Positions 11,850 to 25,083 of a DNA stretch of 64,000 nt are shown here, in pieces (the stretch's first letter is position 1; each line of letters begins with the position of its first letter). The position numbers and the translations under genes are program-made. Below the pieces are notes generated by a model. It was not told where the DNA came from. It searched no databases and saw only the letters and a list, made by a program, of their open reading frames with translations. Source of the stretch: Octopus sinensis (taxonomy: Eukaryota); assembly GCF_006345805.1 (NCBI RefSeq), contig NC_043017.1, positions 124,001 through 188,000 of the forward strand, read 5' to 3'.

Positions 11850-12340
11850 AATAAGTGCCTGGAGGAGGTAGGGCTGCCCTGGGTGAAAAAGGTGCTGGCT
11901 GGAAGACCCTATGTCTGACAACAGGACTCTGCACCATGCCTCATAAGCAGGAGAACCCAGTCATGGCTGTCAGACAATTTCTATGACCACATCACACCTA
12001 ACATCTGGCCACCTAACGCCCCAGACTGCAACCCTCTTGGTTATTATCTGTCGGGCACAGTTGGGCGAGAGACCAACAAAACTCCTTGTAACACCAAAGA
12101 TGAACTGAAGGCAAGGATTATGGCAGCATTCACAAGGAGACCATCCAGAGGAGTAGCAGAAAATTCCAAAGTCGTCTGGAGGCTATGGTTGAAGCCAACA
12201 CAGATTTTATTGAATGAATTGACTTTTTAGTATTTCAAGACATTCCCACGTAATTTTGGTAAATATATCTGTTAAAATGAGATGTCAATGTTATTTTCAT
12301 TTTTGCTTAATTTAGAAGACAGTTTATTCACCGCACTCTG
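11850..12340 (+). mobile_element. Tc1/mariner DD37D (maT-type) transposase 3' fragment with right TIR
   Basis: QQDSAPCLISRRTQSWLSDNFYDHITPNIWPPNAPDCNPLGYY: 37 residues lie between the D at 11925 and the third catalytic position (here G, presumably mutated from D). Ends RLEAMVEANTDFIE*; terminus caccgcactctg followed by TA. Confidence 0.8.
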
Positions 12341-12432
12341 TATACACACACACACATTTACATACATATGTATGTATGTATGTATGTATGTATACATATA
12401 TACATACATAATATATATGTATATATAATGAA

Positions 12433-12462
<30 letters not shown>

Positions 12463-12464
<2 letters not shown>

Positions 12465-12853
12465 CTCTTTACTCTTTTACTTGTATCAGTCATTTGACTG
12501 TGGCTGGAGCACTGCCTTTAGTCAAGGAAATCGACCCGAGGAATTATTCTTTGTAAGCCTAGTACTTATTCTATTGGTCTCTTTTGCCGAACTGCTAAGT
12601 TACGGAGATGTAAACACACCAGCAATCGGTTGTCAAGCGATGTTGTGGTGGACTAACACAGACACACAAACACACACACACATATACACATATATACGAT
12701 GGGCTTCTTTCAGTTTCTGTCTACCAAATCCATTCACAAGGCTTTGGTCATCCCGAGGCTATAGTTAAGACACTTGCCCAAGGTGCCACGCAGTGGGACT
12801 GAACCTGGAATCATGTTGTTGGTAAGCAAGCTACTTACCACACAGCCACTCCT
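12463..12853 (-). mobile_element. Full-length SINE family 1
   Basis: Same head, core, microsatellite and tail organisation as 7638-8046. Confidence 0.85.
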
Positions 12854-12855
12854 GT

Positions 12856-12902
<47 letters not shown>

Positions 12903-13453
12903 CTCTTTTACTCATTTCAGCCATGCGACTTCAGTCACACATATACATATAGATATATTTAAGTATACATACCCATAAACACACACAACAACAACAAGCT
13001 TTGCATGCTGTTTTAGTAAACGAAAATCTTATTTAATTGGTGCTGAATTTCAGAATTCCTAACTGCTTCATCAGCTCCGAAACCTTTATTAACGACAATT
13101 ATATCTGAACTATTTTCTCAGCATGTGTTGTATAAAGTGGTATCACACTGTTACATCAGAGATAGAGGTGACTGTTGCAAGAAGTAGGGGTGGTCTGGTA
13201 TCTGGTTCTCTAAACTGGTAATATAGCACATTGGCCCTCCTTTGAACAGGTGATGCATTTTGTAGATAAAAATACACACCAAGTGCACAAGTTTCTATAA
13301 ATACATGCGTATAAAACTGTGCTGTTTTTATATTGTAAATGCAAGCATATGTATAAATATACATAAATATACAATTATACTTGTGACCGGATTTGGTAAA
13401 CAGAAACTGAAAGAAGCCTGTTTTGCACATGAGTGTGTGTGTGTTTTGCACAT

Positions 13454-13503
<50 letters not shown>

Positions 13504-13508
13504 ATATA

Positions 13509-13552
<44 letters not shown>

Positions 13553-13718
13553 CTTTATTTAAAGCAGCAGAAAATTCAACAAAACCTGTTACTCTGAGTT
13601 TTCAGTTGCCGTTCATCGAACAGTTTTTGCTAGAATTCTAGCAAAAAGTGTCTGATGAACGGCAACGGTAAACTCAGAGTAACAGGTTTTGTTGAATTTT
13701 CTGCTGCTTTAAATAAAG
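13553..13718. repeat. 166-bp near-perfect palindrome (83-bp arms, no spacer) with a hammerhead-like motif in each arm
   Basis: The arms are reverse complements with 5 mismatches and are centred on GAATTC (13633-13638). Confidence 0.9.
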
Positions 13719-13787
13719 CATATTACTCTACCACTGGTATTTGAGTAGTCTTTTTTCCATCTTGTTTCACATTTATGTGTTTACTCC

Positions 13788-13829
<42 letters not shown>

Positions 13830-13830
<1 letters not shown>

Positions 13831-14220
13831 TCTATTCTTTTACTTGTTTCAGTCATTTTGACTGTAGCCAAGCTAGAGCACCACCTATTAGTCAAAGAAA
13901 TCACTCCCTGGACTTATTCCTTGTAAGCCTAATACTTATTCTATTAGTCCTTTTTGCTGAACGGCTAAGTTACAGGGACATAAACACACCGACATTGGTT
14001 GTCAAGCGATGGTGGGGGGGGACAAACATACAAATATATATATATATATATACATACACACACACACACTATTGGTGTCTTTCAGTTTCCGTCTACCAAT
14101 TACACTCACAAAGCTTTGGTTGCCCTGAGACTATAGTAGAAGACACTTGCTCAAGGTGCTGCATAGTGGGACTGAACCCCGAACCATGTGGTTCAGAAGC
14201 AAGCTTCTTACCATATCACC
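13830..14220 (-). mobile_element. SINE family 1 copy
   Basis: Same family blocks as above, more diverged. Confidence 0.75.
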
Positions 14221-15714
14221 ATGTATATATATCTTTTCCTTTATTTTGCTTGATTCAGTTATTGGACTGTTGCCATGCTGGGGCACTCCTTGAGGGATTT
14301 AATAGAACAATTCAACCCTAAGACTTAAGTATATATATTTTTTAAAGTCAGATACTAATTGTATGCTATATTACAGGGACATAAACAAACCATCACTGAT
14401 TGTCTAGCAGTGGAGTGGAGACATACATATACACAAAACAGTTTCCATCTATCAGATTTACTCTTAACCCATTCGGTGGCCTGGAGTATTGTAGAAGTAA
14501 CATGCCCAAGGTGCCACACAGTGGGACTGAAACTGAAACCTTGTGTTGCTGGTACCACTTAAAAAGTACTGGTGATGGTGCCATGTAAAAAAAGCCCCCA
14601 GTTAACTCTGTGGAGTGGTTGGGTATCCAGCCATAGGAAATAAGCCAAAACAGACACTTTGGAACCTGGTGCAGCCCCTGACCGTACCAGTTTATGTGAA
14701 ACCATCCAACCCATGCCAGCATGGAAAACAGACGTTAAAAGTTGATGATTATGATGATGATGTGATATATATGTATACACAGAAAACACACGCCCACGAA
14801 TGTGCACGCACACACACAATACAGTTTCTGTTATTTTCTCCTCAAGTGGAAAGCTGATAAAAGGGTGTTGGTGCCATCTGCACATTTCTCTCTTTTACAC
14901 ATATACAACAAATACAAAGTTCTTTTTATCTCACATAATGTGTGTGTGTGTGTGTGTGTGTATGTCCATGTATATGTTTGCATATTCATATATGTGTGTG
15001 TGCTTTTGTTGTTTGTTTAGTTCCATATCAGCCTTCACTGAACATATCTACAATCACAAGCTTTCCAACAATGACCATCCTGTTTGTCTTAGAGCCATGT
15101 AGGAATGCATTATGAAGGAGTGTGGCCTAGTGGTTAGGATGTGGCACTCACAACCATAAATCATGGTTTCAATTCCAAGACCATGTAGTGCATTGAGTTC
15201 TTAACCCTGACATGGACTAGCATCCCATTCCAGTTGGTGCTAAGCAATCTCAGACACTTATATGTCATGGAAACCAAGTTCAGCTATGGCATCATGAATC
15301 TTAACGCTCATGACAGACCCAAGGACTGCATTACCTAATTTCATCATCATCATCATTATTTTATGTTTGTTTTCCATGCTGGCATGGGTTGGACAGTTTG
15401 ATTGAAAACGGGTAGGCTGGGGACAATTTGACTGAGGACTGGCGAACCATATGGCTACATCAGGTTCCAATCTGATCTGACATGGTTTCTACAGATGGAT
15501 GTCCTTCCTAATGCCAACCACTCCAAAAGTGTAGTGGGTGCTTTGTAAGTGCCACCGGCATTGGCCATGACTACAATCTCGCTTGGCTTGACAGGTTTTC
15601 TTGAGCACCGAACTATCACTAAAGGTCTTGGTCACCTGTGACTGTCTCCATGAGGATCACTGCCTCGTTGAGGGCAATTTTGTTTGCTTTTAATTATTTA
15701 ACCTACCAAGATGT

Positions 15715-16010
15715 GAAGGTGCGTGGCTTGGTGGTTAGGGGTATTTGGCTCACGATTCTAAGGTTGAGAGTTCAATTCCTAGCAACACAGTATGTCCTTG
15801 AGCAAGACACTTTATTTCATGTTGCTCCAGCCCACTCAGCTGGCAAGAATGAGTTGTACTTGTATTTCAAATGACCAGCCTTGTCACATTCTGTGTCAAG
15901 CTAAATCTCTCCGAGAACTACATTGAAGGTACATATGTCAGTGGAATACTCAGCCATTTACACATTAATTTCCTGAGCAGGCTGTTCCGTTGATTGGATC
16001 AACTGCAACA
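15715..16010 (+). mobile_element. tRNA-derived SINE family 3 copy
   Basis: Head gcgtggcttggtggttagg...gttcaattcc followed by tccttgagcaagacactt...gttgctccagcccactcagctggc. Related minus-strand copies lie at about 17920-18160, 20760-20945, 33000-33230 and 51300-51570. Confidence 0.7.
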
Positions 16011-16809
16011 TTTTTTGTTGTAACTGATGGAGTGCAAAAAAAAAAAAAAGATGTGATTTGAAGGAGAATTGACTGCTATTTCTAGCAAACCAAGTGACCA
16101 TGTAGAGGCCCCCTTGTTAACTTTGAGAATTATTTATATGCATAATTAGAAAATTAACAAAATAATGAAGATGGGGAGGAGCTTCATATAATGCAAGAAG
16201 AGAAAGTTTAGTGACCATTATATATTTCAGGCCCAAAAGCTCATCATCAGAAGTAGAGAAATTAAAGCAGTGCTTCTCTACCATTTTTCTTTTTCTTTTA
16301 CCTATGGAACCCTTTAAGTCCTATTTTACTCAGATGGACCCTCTTAGCCATTTGATATTTAAAAAAGTCATATCATATTTTTATAATTAAATATTATTAG
16401 GAACTGTATGAAAAAAAAGCTAATAAAATATTTTGTGTATAGTAGAAATATAATGTGATGGCGCGTGGCTTAGTGGTTAGGGTGTTGGACTAATGATGGT
16501 AAGATTGTGGTTTTAATTCCTGGATCAGGCAATGTGTTGTGTTAAATGTTGAAGTGAATCTAACAGTTTTTGTGTGTTTCTTAAATGGCTTATAAACACC
16601 TTCCACGCTGCAATTGTTTATAACGAATTTATTGCAGATAAATTTTAACAACCAAAAAGGACCTGACAAGAGCCTTATGGATTAAAAAGATGTAACTTTA
16701 TGTAGTTCTGGCCATGTTGAGTGTTGTGCAAACAGTGACCCCAAGATGTCTGTTTAAGTGTTTGCATCAATGGAGGTAGTTACCACCCTTCCAAGTTCTT
16801 CTATAGGGC

Positions 16810-16940
16810 TTAGAAAAACTGAAGGGCCACTGCAATAAATGTGTGAATCTGAGAGGGGAATATGTTGAATAAAATCATAATTAACCGATCCTCCTGTATT
16901 TTCTTTAACCCAAAGCCAGGGCCTTTTTTCAGCACCCCTT
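16810..16940 (+). mobile_element. mariner-type transposase extreme 3' end and TIR remnant
   Basis: KLKGHCNKCVNLRGEYVE* followed by aaagccagggccttttttcagcacccct. Confidence 0.55.
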
Positions 16941-18674
16941 TGCAAGTTTATTTCACCTAGGAGAAAACCACTCCAATGTAAAACCCACAGTTTGCTGGTC
17001 ACTACAGCCGTCTAAGCTTGCTGAACCACTGTGGTCAGTCTAAAGAGTGAGATTGAAACTACAAAGGACAGGCAGGAAGAAAAATCCTGCAGTGTCAAGG
17101 ATTGGTTTACATTGCTAGTTGAGGGCATGCTGCTCTTCCTCATGAAGAAACTGCCCAACTTAGTTTAAGAATAAAGGTTCTTAAACTAACCATTTCCAAA
17201 TTGTAAGAAGCTATCCATCTTCATTATTTTGTTATTTTACTTCTGTATGAAAATACTTCAAGCAAGCAACAACACTTTATCTATATGTATGTTTTTGTTG
17301 AAATTTAGACCCAGGTCAGCCTTAATTGAGCTTAGCTATGATTAGTAATATCCCAACAATGGCCATCCCATTAGTCCTCTACACAGGACCACATACAGAA
17401 GAATCTAATGCATCCTTTCTTTATTTAAGAAAGTAAAATATGATTTGATGGCATTTTGGCTGCTACTTCTAGCAGTTCAAACGACCACACAGAGGCTCCC
17501 TCAATGATTCAGAAAATTTTAAGATGCTTGCCAGCCAGCACCAGGCTAATGGTCGCTGATCTAAGTACTAACCTGGTTTGATGTTTCTTAACTCCAGCAT
17601 CAGACAAAAACTGGTATTTGTTTTTACCAGGGTATGGTAAAAAAATTAGGAGTTTGTGTTTTAGACGATGGGGTTGTTGTTGCTAGCATGATTCGGATGG
17701 AATTTGTTGAAGCAAATTTTCTAAGGGTTAATGGATGCCCTTCCTGTTGCCAACCCATGCTTGTTTTCCCCATGTCCAGACATGTTTCCATGGAAGACTG
17801 GAAATAAGGGACATCACATGCATGACAGCAATGCTCAGTTATGACTACTCCATGATATCATGATAAAGACGTACACACACATACACACACACACACAATG
17901 TAAAGTAAAGGTAAGGTTACCTTCTCAAGTCATGTATGTAAATTCACAAGGGCCAGTTTCATGGGTTCCATGGCATATAAAGTCCCCACCCAGACAGGAT
18001 GCCAGTCCATCACAGGATCACACACTTTTACCAGCTGATTGGACTGGAGCAATGTGAAATGAAGTGTTTTGCTCACGAACATAATGTGTTGCCTGGTCCA
18101 GGACATGAAACCACAATCTTACAATCACGAGTCCCAATGCCCTAACCACTAAGCCACATGTCTCCACTATATATACAATGAGCTTCTTTCAGTTTCTGTC
18201 TACCAAATCCACTCACAAGGTTTTGGTTGGCCCATGGCTGTAATAGAAGACACTCGCCAAAGGTGCCATGCAGAGGGACTGAACCCACATGGTTAGGATA
18301 CAAACTTCTTAATCATACAACCATACCTTCTCAACCTCTTCCCACCCACCAAACACTTTTGTACTTGAAATTTGTCTTTGGTACCAAATATGGATTCCTA
18401 TGCCTTGCATAAGGACCCTTTTTGGCTCATTATATCATAGTACTGTTGTATAGGGTAAGGGATCTCAAAGGGGTAGGTAATACTTTAATTACTATGAAAC
18501 ACAAGACAAAGCCTACCCACTACACTACTGCCACCCACATCTACAGCACCCCAGGAGAAACACAAAATCTAGGAAAATACTCTGGCTGCTAACAAAATAT
18601 TGAGACAATCCTTGTGTAAATAGTTGCATGAGCGGGTAAGGAGTTGGGGTGGGGTTTACAGTGTAAATCTAGAG

Positions 18675-18973
18675 CAGTGGTTCCCATACTTTTACAGGCT
18701 GCTGCCCCCTTAGAAAAAAGGCCACATTCCTGGTGCCCTTCCCCCACCACTACCACAAACATAGAACACTTTCTGCAGCAAATTCAAAACAACTGTAGTA
18801 TACAAATAAAACTTAAACTCGTCAACCCATTATTTTGTTGTTTTTTACATCCATGGCCTCACCCCACCCTGCCTTTGGTCACCCCATTATCACCCCACTT
18901 TTCTTCAACGTCTCCCTGGAGCTTCCACGTCACCCCACGAAGGGGAGAGTACTGCCCACTTTGGGAACCACTG
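18675..18973. mobile_element. hAT (Charlie-like) MITE
   Basis: TIRs cagtggttccca / tgggaaccactg and a perfect 8-bp TSD atctagag (18667-18674, 18974-18981). Confidence 0.9.
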
Positions 18974-19829
18974 ATCTAGAGTCAATAGCAATAAGACTGT
19001 GGAGCATGAGTGCCATGCACCCCTTTTAGTATCAATGCACCCGGACCACCCTTGGTGGCATGACACAAACTTTCTGTTTTAAAGCGATTGAAATTAAATG
19101 AAATCCTCCATCAAAAATTCCATATTAACAAAACATTGGTCGGCCCAAGGCTATAGTAGAAGATACTTGTCCAAGGTGCCATGCAGTGGGACTGAACCTG
19201 GAACGACGTGGTTGGTAAGCAAGCTACTTACCACACAGCCACTCCAGATGAAATCTACTTACATCCTACCCCGAAAGTGCTGGCCTTGTGCCAAAATTTG
19301 AAGTCAATAATTACAGTTATTTCATTATTTCCAAAATTGAAACAAAGGTGCTCAAGAAGATCCCATACTAAGCAGCAGACCCTCTGGTAGGGTAAAGCAC
19401 TTGTGGTAGTAACAACTAAAAGTGCTCATGTGGGGCCATGTAAAAGTGTCTGTGCCGCATCATGTAAAAGTATTCATGTGGTGTCACATACAAGCGCCCA
19501 TGCAGTGCCACTTTGTAAAGTGGTTGGTGTTAGGATGGGCATCCAGTTGTAGAAACCATGCCAAATCAGACTGGGGTCTGGTGCAGCTTGCCAGCTCTGG
19601 TCAAACCATCAAACCCATGCCAGCATGGACAACGGGCATTAAATGATGATGATGATGGTGATGAAAGGTATTTCAACAGGGGTCAGTTCATGTATGGGGG
19701 CATGCACCACTGCAGTGTGTCACTGCCTCAATCATTTGTCAGGATCTGCTAGGGCTATTTCAGGCAACCCTCTGAGCAGTGTCCCAGTCAGTCCCCCATC
19801 TCTGCAAGATACTTCCTCATCTGCCTTGA

Positions 19830-20100
19830 CCATGTTGCAAGTGGCTGACCAAAACAAGCCATCAACCCAGCTGGATCCTCAGAGAAGAGATCAAAATTGG
19901 AAAAGCAAGATCCAAATTGGAAAACTGAACAACATGACCAAACTGTCTAAGCTGATGCTCCAAAATCATACAAATTACAGGATGCAGTCCAGTTTCTGCA
20001 TATAGACATTGGTTGGCCATGAAATATGAACAATGATAGCTCATAATCCTGTGAAGTGTCCTGATACCAAAGGATTACGTGTGACTCTTAAGGACCTGGA
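19830..20100 (-). mobile_element. Old RTE-like LINE C-terminal fragment
   Basis: Minus-strand peptide ...ILEHQLRQFGHVVQFS-LD-A-PILIS resembles the QLR-FGHV motif of RTE/L2-group C-termini. Confidence 0.4.
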
Positions 20101-21878
20101 CAGTGTCTAAGTCTTGCAACTATAGAGCAGAACAGGGAGGACCAGTAACCTAAAGACCCGACCCTTTGTCTTCCTGCTCAGATATTAGCAGTGCCAAACA
20201 CCTTTGTCCAGTGGGTCCACAACTGCACCAACACACCCAAGACTTTTTAAGACTTTGGAATTGCAGCTAAAGCTGGTATGGATCAATAAAAATACTACTT
20301 AAACATAAACCTTTCCCAATATTTCAGGCTTGTGGAATACACTAGAAACAATTATTTCACAGAGTAAACATTAACTACCTCCCCTAAACAATGCCAGCAG
20401 GAAGTAGTGTGAATGAGAGAAATGGTTCTTTTCTATATTCATAATACATGATCGGTGGCTGTTGTTGTTGTTCTTCTTCCAATCAGGACTCACGCCATTA
20501 GCCACAAAGAATAATCTCTAATTCGATCCTACTCTAAGCTACTAAGAATGCATGTGGCAACTTGAAGATCCACCCACCACACGCGACAGACTGGCGGTTG
20601 CACGGGCGCGAAAGCTACGTTGTTTTCTTCATTCCGTAAACGGTGTGGAGAGCTGAACCATCCTGGGGTAGAGAGGATTCGCAAGCTAGACTAGGGTCTG
20701 AAAGTTTACCACACCATAGTGAGTTACACCATGGTTCCTCTGCCTTGGGGCAGAAGTAGGAAGAAAGAGTGAGAGAAAGTTGTGGTGAAAGAGTACAGCG
20801 AGGTTCATCCCTCCCACTTCCACTGGAGCCTCGTGGAGCTAGGTGTTTTAGCTCAAAAAACACTCACAATGCCTGATCTGGGAATCGAAACTGCATTCTT
20901 ATGACCACAAGACCACTGCCCCAACCATTGGGCCATTGCGCCTCCACGTAGCTGTTGTTGCACTATGTTCCATAGCAGGATGGTATTTTTTTAAAGTTTG
21001 CTTCTCATAAGGGCCAGTTTCCTGGTTTTCATAGCATATATATTCCATACCTAGATAGGATGCCAGTGTAGTATTGAGGTAAATGCAACTGACTAACCCC
21101 TTTTCACCCCCAACAAAAAATTGGTGAGCTTGTGCCTTAACTAGAAACTATTATTTCTCAGTTGTAGTGGTGTGATTGCTGTTGTTCTTATTGCTGTTGC
21201 TGTTCTTCGGATCTAGGTCAGTCCGGATCCAAACAAAAAAAAAACAAAAAAAAAGAAAGATCATAGAGCTTCACTAAGATAAGCAACTTGTGTTAAATAA
21301 CATTCAATTTAATGAAAAATGCAATGGGAGAGAGCAGCAACCATCTTAGCTGACAAAATGAGTCTGGACCGACACACACACACACACACACACATACACA
21401 AAACATGTAAACACTGTATGTGTGTACTTTTGGTGTCATCTAGTGCATGTGCACTTAACATAATTCTTATAAATATCCACTTTCTCAGCATCTCTGGTCA
21501 ATATCACAGCTCTACAAGTGTATTGCATATATACTGTACACTGTATATGTAATGTATATACAGCAGGGTATATAGATGTGTTCATTGTTATTGTTTCTTT
21601 CCTTCCCTTTCTTTTTTGTTTCTTTCTTTTTTTACTCTCTTTTAATTACTTATGTCAATTTTTTCTTTTTTTGTCATTTTGCTTTATTGTTCTTTCATTC
21701 CTTTTCTTTCTTTCATTTCTCTCATTCTTTTCTCATTGTCATTTCACTCGTTATATCATCATATTTTTCATTCATTCATTCAATTTCTCATTAATTCCAT
21801 CAACTGTTACCATTCCATCTTCTGTCATATATCTGTCTGTTTGTCTTCTGCGAAATTCTAAAAATACAAGATGGATCT

Positions 21879-21919
<41 letters not shown>

Positions 21920-22269
21920 ACAGTTGGATCCCACCTATTCACAACTTCCTCCGACATCTTTTGACTTGCAGAAGAATGTGAGCTGAGAAGAGTGATGTAG
22001 ATGATGACAATAAGAAGAATGGTATTGAAGATTTTATTTGCCACAGGGGCTTGGATGAGGGAAACACCACTAAGACAGTTTATAATTTGTGTCTGCGTGT
22101 ATGTGTGTGGGGGGGGGGGGTACATAAAAGATGAGGGGAAAGAAAGGGAAAAGATGGCTGAAATAGATAAAGGCTCACGTAATATACAAAGTATGTGAAT
22201 GCATTTATGATACAGTCCTCCAGAATCAGGAGAAACCCCAACAATCAAAGCAGCCACCAGAGCCAGGGT

Positions 22270-22660
22270 TACCTTGACAACCAGAGTCAGCTCTTGCTCA
22301 AATGTTCTCCAATCCAGAGGTGCAGGCTTAAAGCAGGTCCATTTACCCCTTAACTATTTTTGCCAAAGTCTCACTTTTTTACAGATTCATCGGGAGAGAG
22401 TGCACTTCCCTCTTCACTTTCATTTTGCTTTCCAAGTGGAACTTAAAAAGGAAGTTAATGAGGGCTTGACTGAAGAAGAGGGTATCTTTCCTCAATCTTT
22501 TCAGTCATATCCATCACACAACCTCTTTTGTCATAATCACAAGACAGAGGAACATTGCCTGCTCTACCTCGTTAAAGGTGAGTAATGGGGCGTTCCACAT
22601 GATGAATGGACTCAGCTGGTAATTAGATTCATCCTATATGCGACGACAGCCATAATGATA
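22270..22660 (-). mobile_element. Tx1/L1-clade LINE C-terminal fragment (degenerate)
   Basis: Minus strand reads LPAESIHHV.../FNEVEQAMFLCLVIMTKEVV*WI*LKRLRKDTLFFSQALINFLFKFHL. Its start aligns with LSAESIVSIVTPPSFKR of the copy at 24575-25083. Confidence 0.6.
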
Positions 22661-22734
22661 TGGCTGCCCAGAGTGTCAGAAAGAGAAGAGAAGCAGGTCA
22701 AATAAAATTGTTTGAAGAACAAAATAAAAAAAGA

Positions 22735-22975
22735 TTGTGGTAGTTGAAGATGGTGAGTACTATACTTGTTGCTGTTGAAGGCTTGGGAACTATAAGTGGC
22801 AAGCTTATGAACAGGATTGAAAAAATAGGAATGACTATGAAAATAGAGAATCTACAGAAGACCGTGTTGCTTGAAACTGCACAAATTCTCTACAAAGCTC
22901 TTGGAATCGGAATAAGGAATGTTACCATAGCCCACTTACTGCGGACAGCTGACACTTCTTATATCATCCAACCAA
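22735..22975 (+). mobile_element. R4/Dong-like (REL-type) LINE C-terminal fragment
   Basis: VAVEGLGTI...IEKIG...IENLQKTVLLETAQILYKAL resembles the GALG...LQK-ALL-TA-ILR C-terminus of this clade. Confidence 0.6.
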
Positions 22976-23024
22976 ATTGCTGTGCTAAACATGATGATGA
23001 TGATAATGATAATCCTCTCTACTA

Positions 23025-23730
23025 CAGGTACAAGACCTGAAATTTGGGGAGTGGTGGGGGAGGAGCTAGTCGATTACATTGACCCTCAGTGCTCAACTAG
23101 TACTTATTTCCTCAACCCCAAAAAGATGAAAGTCAAAAATCGACCTTGGCAGAATTTGAACTCAGAACGTAAAGACAGAAGAAATACTGCTAAGCATTTC
23201 ACCCGGCATGCTAACATCCCTGTCAGCTCACTGCCTTAATAATAACAATAATAATGGCTTCAAATTTTGATGCAAGGTCAGCAATTTTGGTCGGAGGGTG
23301 TCAGTCAATTATGTGAATCCCACTACTTGAGTGGTACTTATTTTATTGACCCTGAAAAGATGAAAGGCAAAGTTGACCTCGATAGAATTTGAACTCAGAA
23401 TGTAGAGAGCCAAAAGTAATGCCATTAAGTATTTTGTCAAAAGTGCTAATGATTCTGCCAACTTGTTTAACAATAACTGTTATTCTTTTTAGTACAGGCA
23501 CAAGGCCTGATATTTTGAGGGAGTAGGCTAGTCAATTACATTGACCCCAGTACCCAACTGGTTATTCTTTCATTGACCCATTACTCAAATGTATTTGTTT
23601 TATCTACTCGAAATGGATGAGAAGTAAAGTCAACCTTGGCAGTTTTTGAACTCTGAATGTAAAGAGATGGAAGAAATGCTACTTAGCATTTTGCCTGACA
23701 TACTAACAATTCTGTCAGTTTGCCAAATTA
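23025..23730 (-). mobile_element. Three tandem SINE family 2 copies separated by (TAA)n
   Basis: Copies at about 23030-23237, 23260-23465 and 23490-23730. Confidence 0.8.
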
Positions 23731-23742
23731 ATAATAATAATA

Positions 23743-24107
23743 AGAGCCCTCAGAGAGCGCAAAACTCTGCCAAAGCAATACCAATGTCCTCTCAACGATT
23801 GGCCAGAGATGAGTTTTAAAATGAGAATATCTGAAATAAACTCGACTGTTCTCTTAAATGAGAATACTAAAAATGGACCTGACCGCTCTCAAAAATTAAG
23901 TAAAAAAAAACAGGAAAAATAATCCAGAATAGTTGTCTGGTGCCAGATTCATCCTGAAAGCTAATCAGTTTGTTCTAGTCACAAGGCCAAAAATCATGGA
24001 TAGTTTCATCTGAATCCATCTAGCGGTTCCTAGGATATCTTGTCCATGGACAAACAAACAAACATGACTGAAAACAATACCTCTGTCTTCGCTAAGGCGG
24101 AGGTAAT
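23743..24107 (+). mobile_element. Non-autonomous element, possibly Helentron/DINE-like
   Basis: 5' aagagccctcagagagcgcaaaactctgcc; (CAAA)n near the 3' end; 3' short hairpin cttcgctaaggcggagg; flanked by (TAA)n. The class assignment is an inference. Confidence 0.35.
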
Positions 24108-24574
24108 AATAATAATAATCATAATAATAATAATAATAATAATAATATAATAATAATAATAATTGTGGTTTGAAATTTTGGTACATAGCCGGTAGTTTTA
24201 GCAGAAGTGAGTTAGTCGATTACATTGACTAAAGCCCAGTGCTAGACTGGTTCTTTCCTCAACATGGAAAGAATAAAAGGTAAAGTAAGAGCTGAGCATT
24301 GGGGTTGAATAATAATGGTAGTTACAATTCTATCCTCTGTCTTTTAGATTACAACAACACTGAGTATGATGTTGTAATGATGATGATGATGATGATGATG
24401 ACGAATGATGTCGGTGATGTAATTATGATGGAGATGATTGCGTTGATGATGGCGATGAAGATGGTGGAGATGAGAATGGTGATGGGACGATGAAGATGGT
24501 GGTAGTGGTAGTGATGATGATGAAAATTATGACAGTACATATCAATCTATCTTGAAAAGTGCTACCCATTCAGA

Positions 24575-25083
24575 ATAAGCTCTACAGACACAGCTCGAGA
24601 AACACGGAGCTGACCTGCGGTCAGAGTGACGAAACCGTTCTGCATGCACTCGTGCAGTGTCCAACAATTTCCGATCTGTGGGCTTATGTCGAACAAGTGC
24701 TGTCACGTGTGGGACAAGTCGGTTTATCAGCCGAGTCTATTGTCAGTATTGTTACGCCTCCTTCCTTCAAACGGTAACATGTAACAATATTGACCAAGGT
24801 TACCGTGGTCTTTTCCATAGGCTTTTCTTCCCACAGATAAACCTTATCTGCTTCCCCCTTTACACCTTACATCACTTACATCATGACACTGATACACGAT
24901 CCCGATTGATCGTTCTTTTTTCTTTTGTTTCTTTTCCTTTTTTTTTCCTTCTTCTTTCTCTTTTACAATCCCTTTTGATCGAAAACCTACCCCACCTTTT
25001 TTTTTTCTTTCCCCAAAAAAGAAAAGCTCTACTTTGTAATCTGTCCCATCTGTGTGCAGCCCTGTGTGGCTAATAAAGAAACA
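24575..25083 (+). mobile_element. Tx1/L1-clade LINE 3' fragment (zinc-knuckle region plus 3'UTR)
   Basis: CGQSDETVLHALVQCPTISDLW is a zf-RVT-like C..ET..H....C motif; T-rich 3'UTR ending gccctgtgtggctaataaagaaacat. Confidence 0.75.

Noticed and set aside
13040-13080. Minus-strand CTGATGA ... GAAA spacing resembling a hammerhead
   Set aside because: No credible stem I, II or III pairing.
22437-22577. Apparent 141-nt plus-strand exon (tttccaag ... AAG|GTGAGT) with a single open frame
   Set aside because: It is the antisense of a degenerate Tx1-like LINE fragment whose start aligns with 24700-24775.
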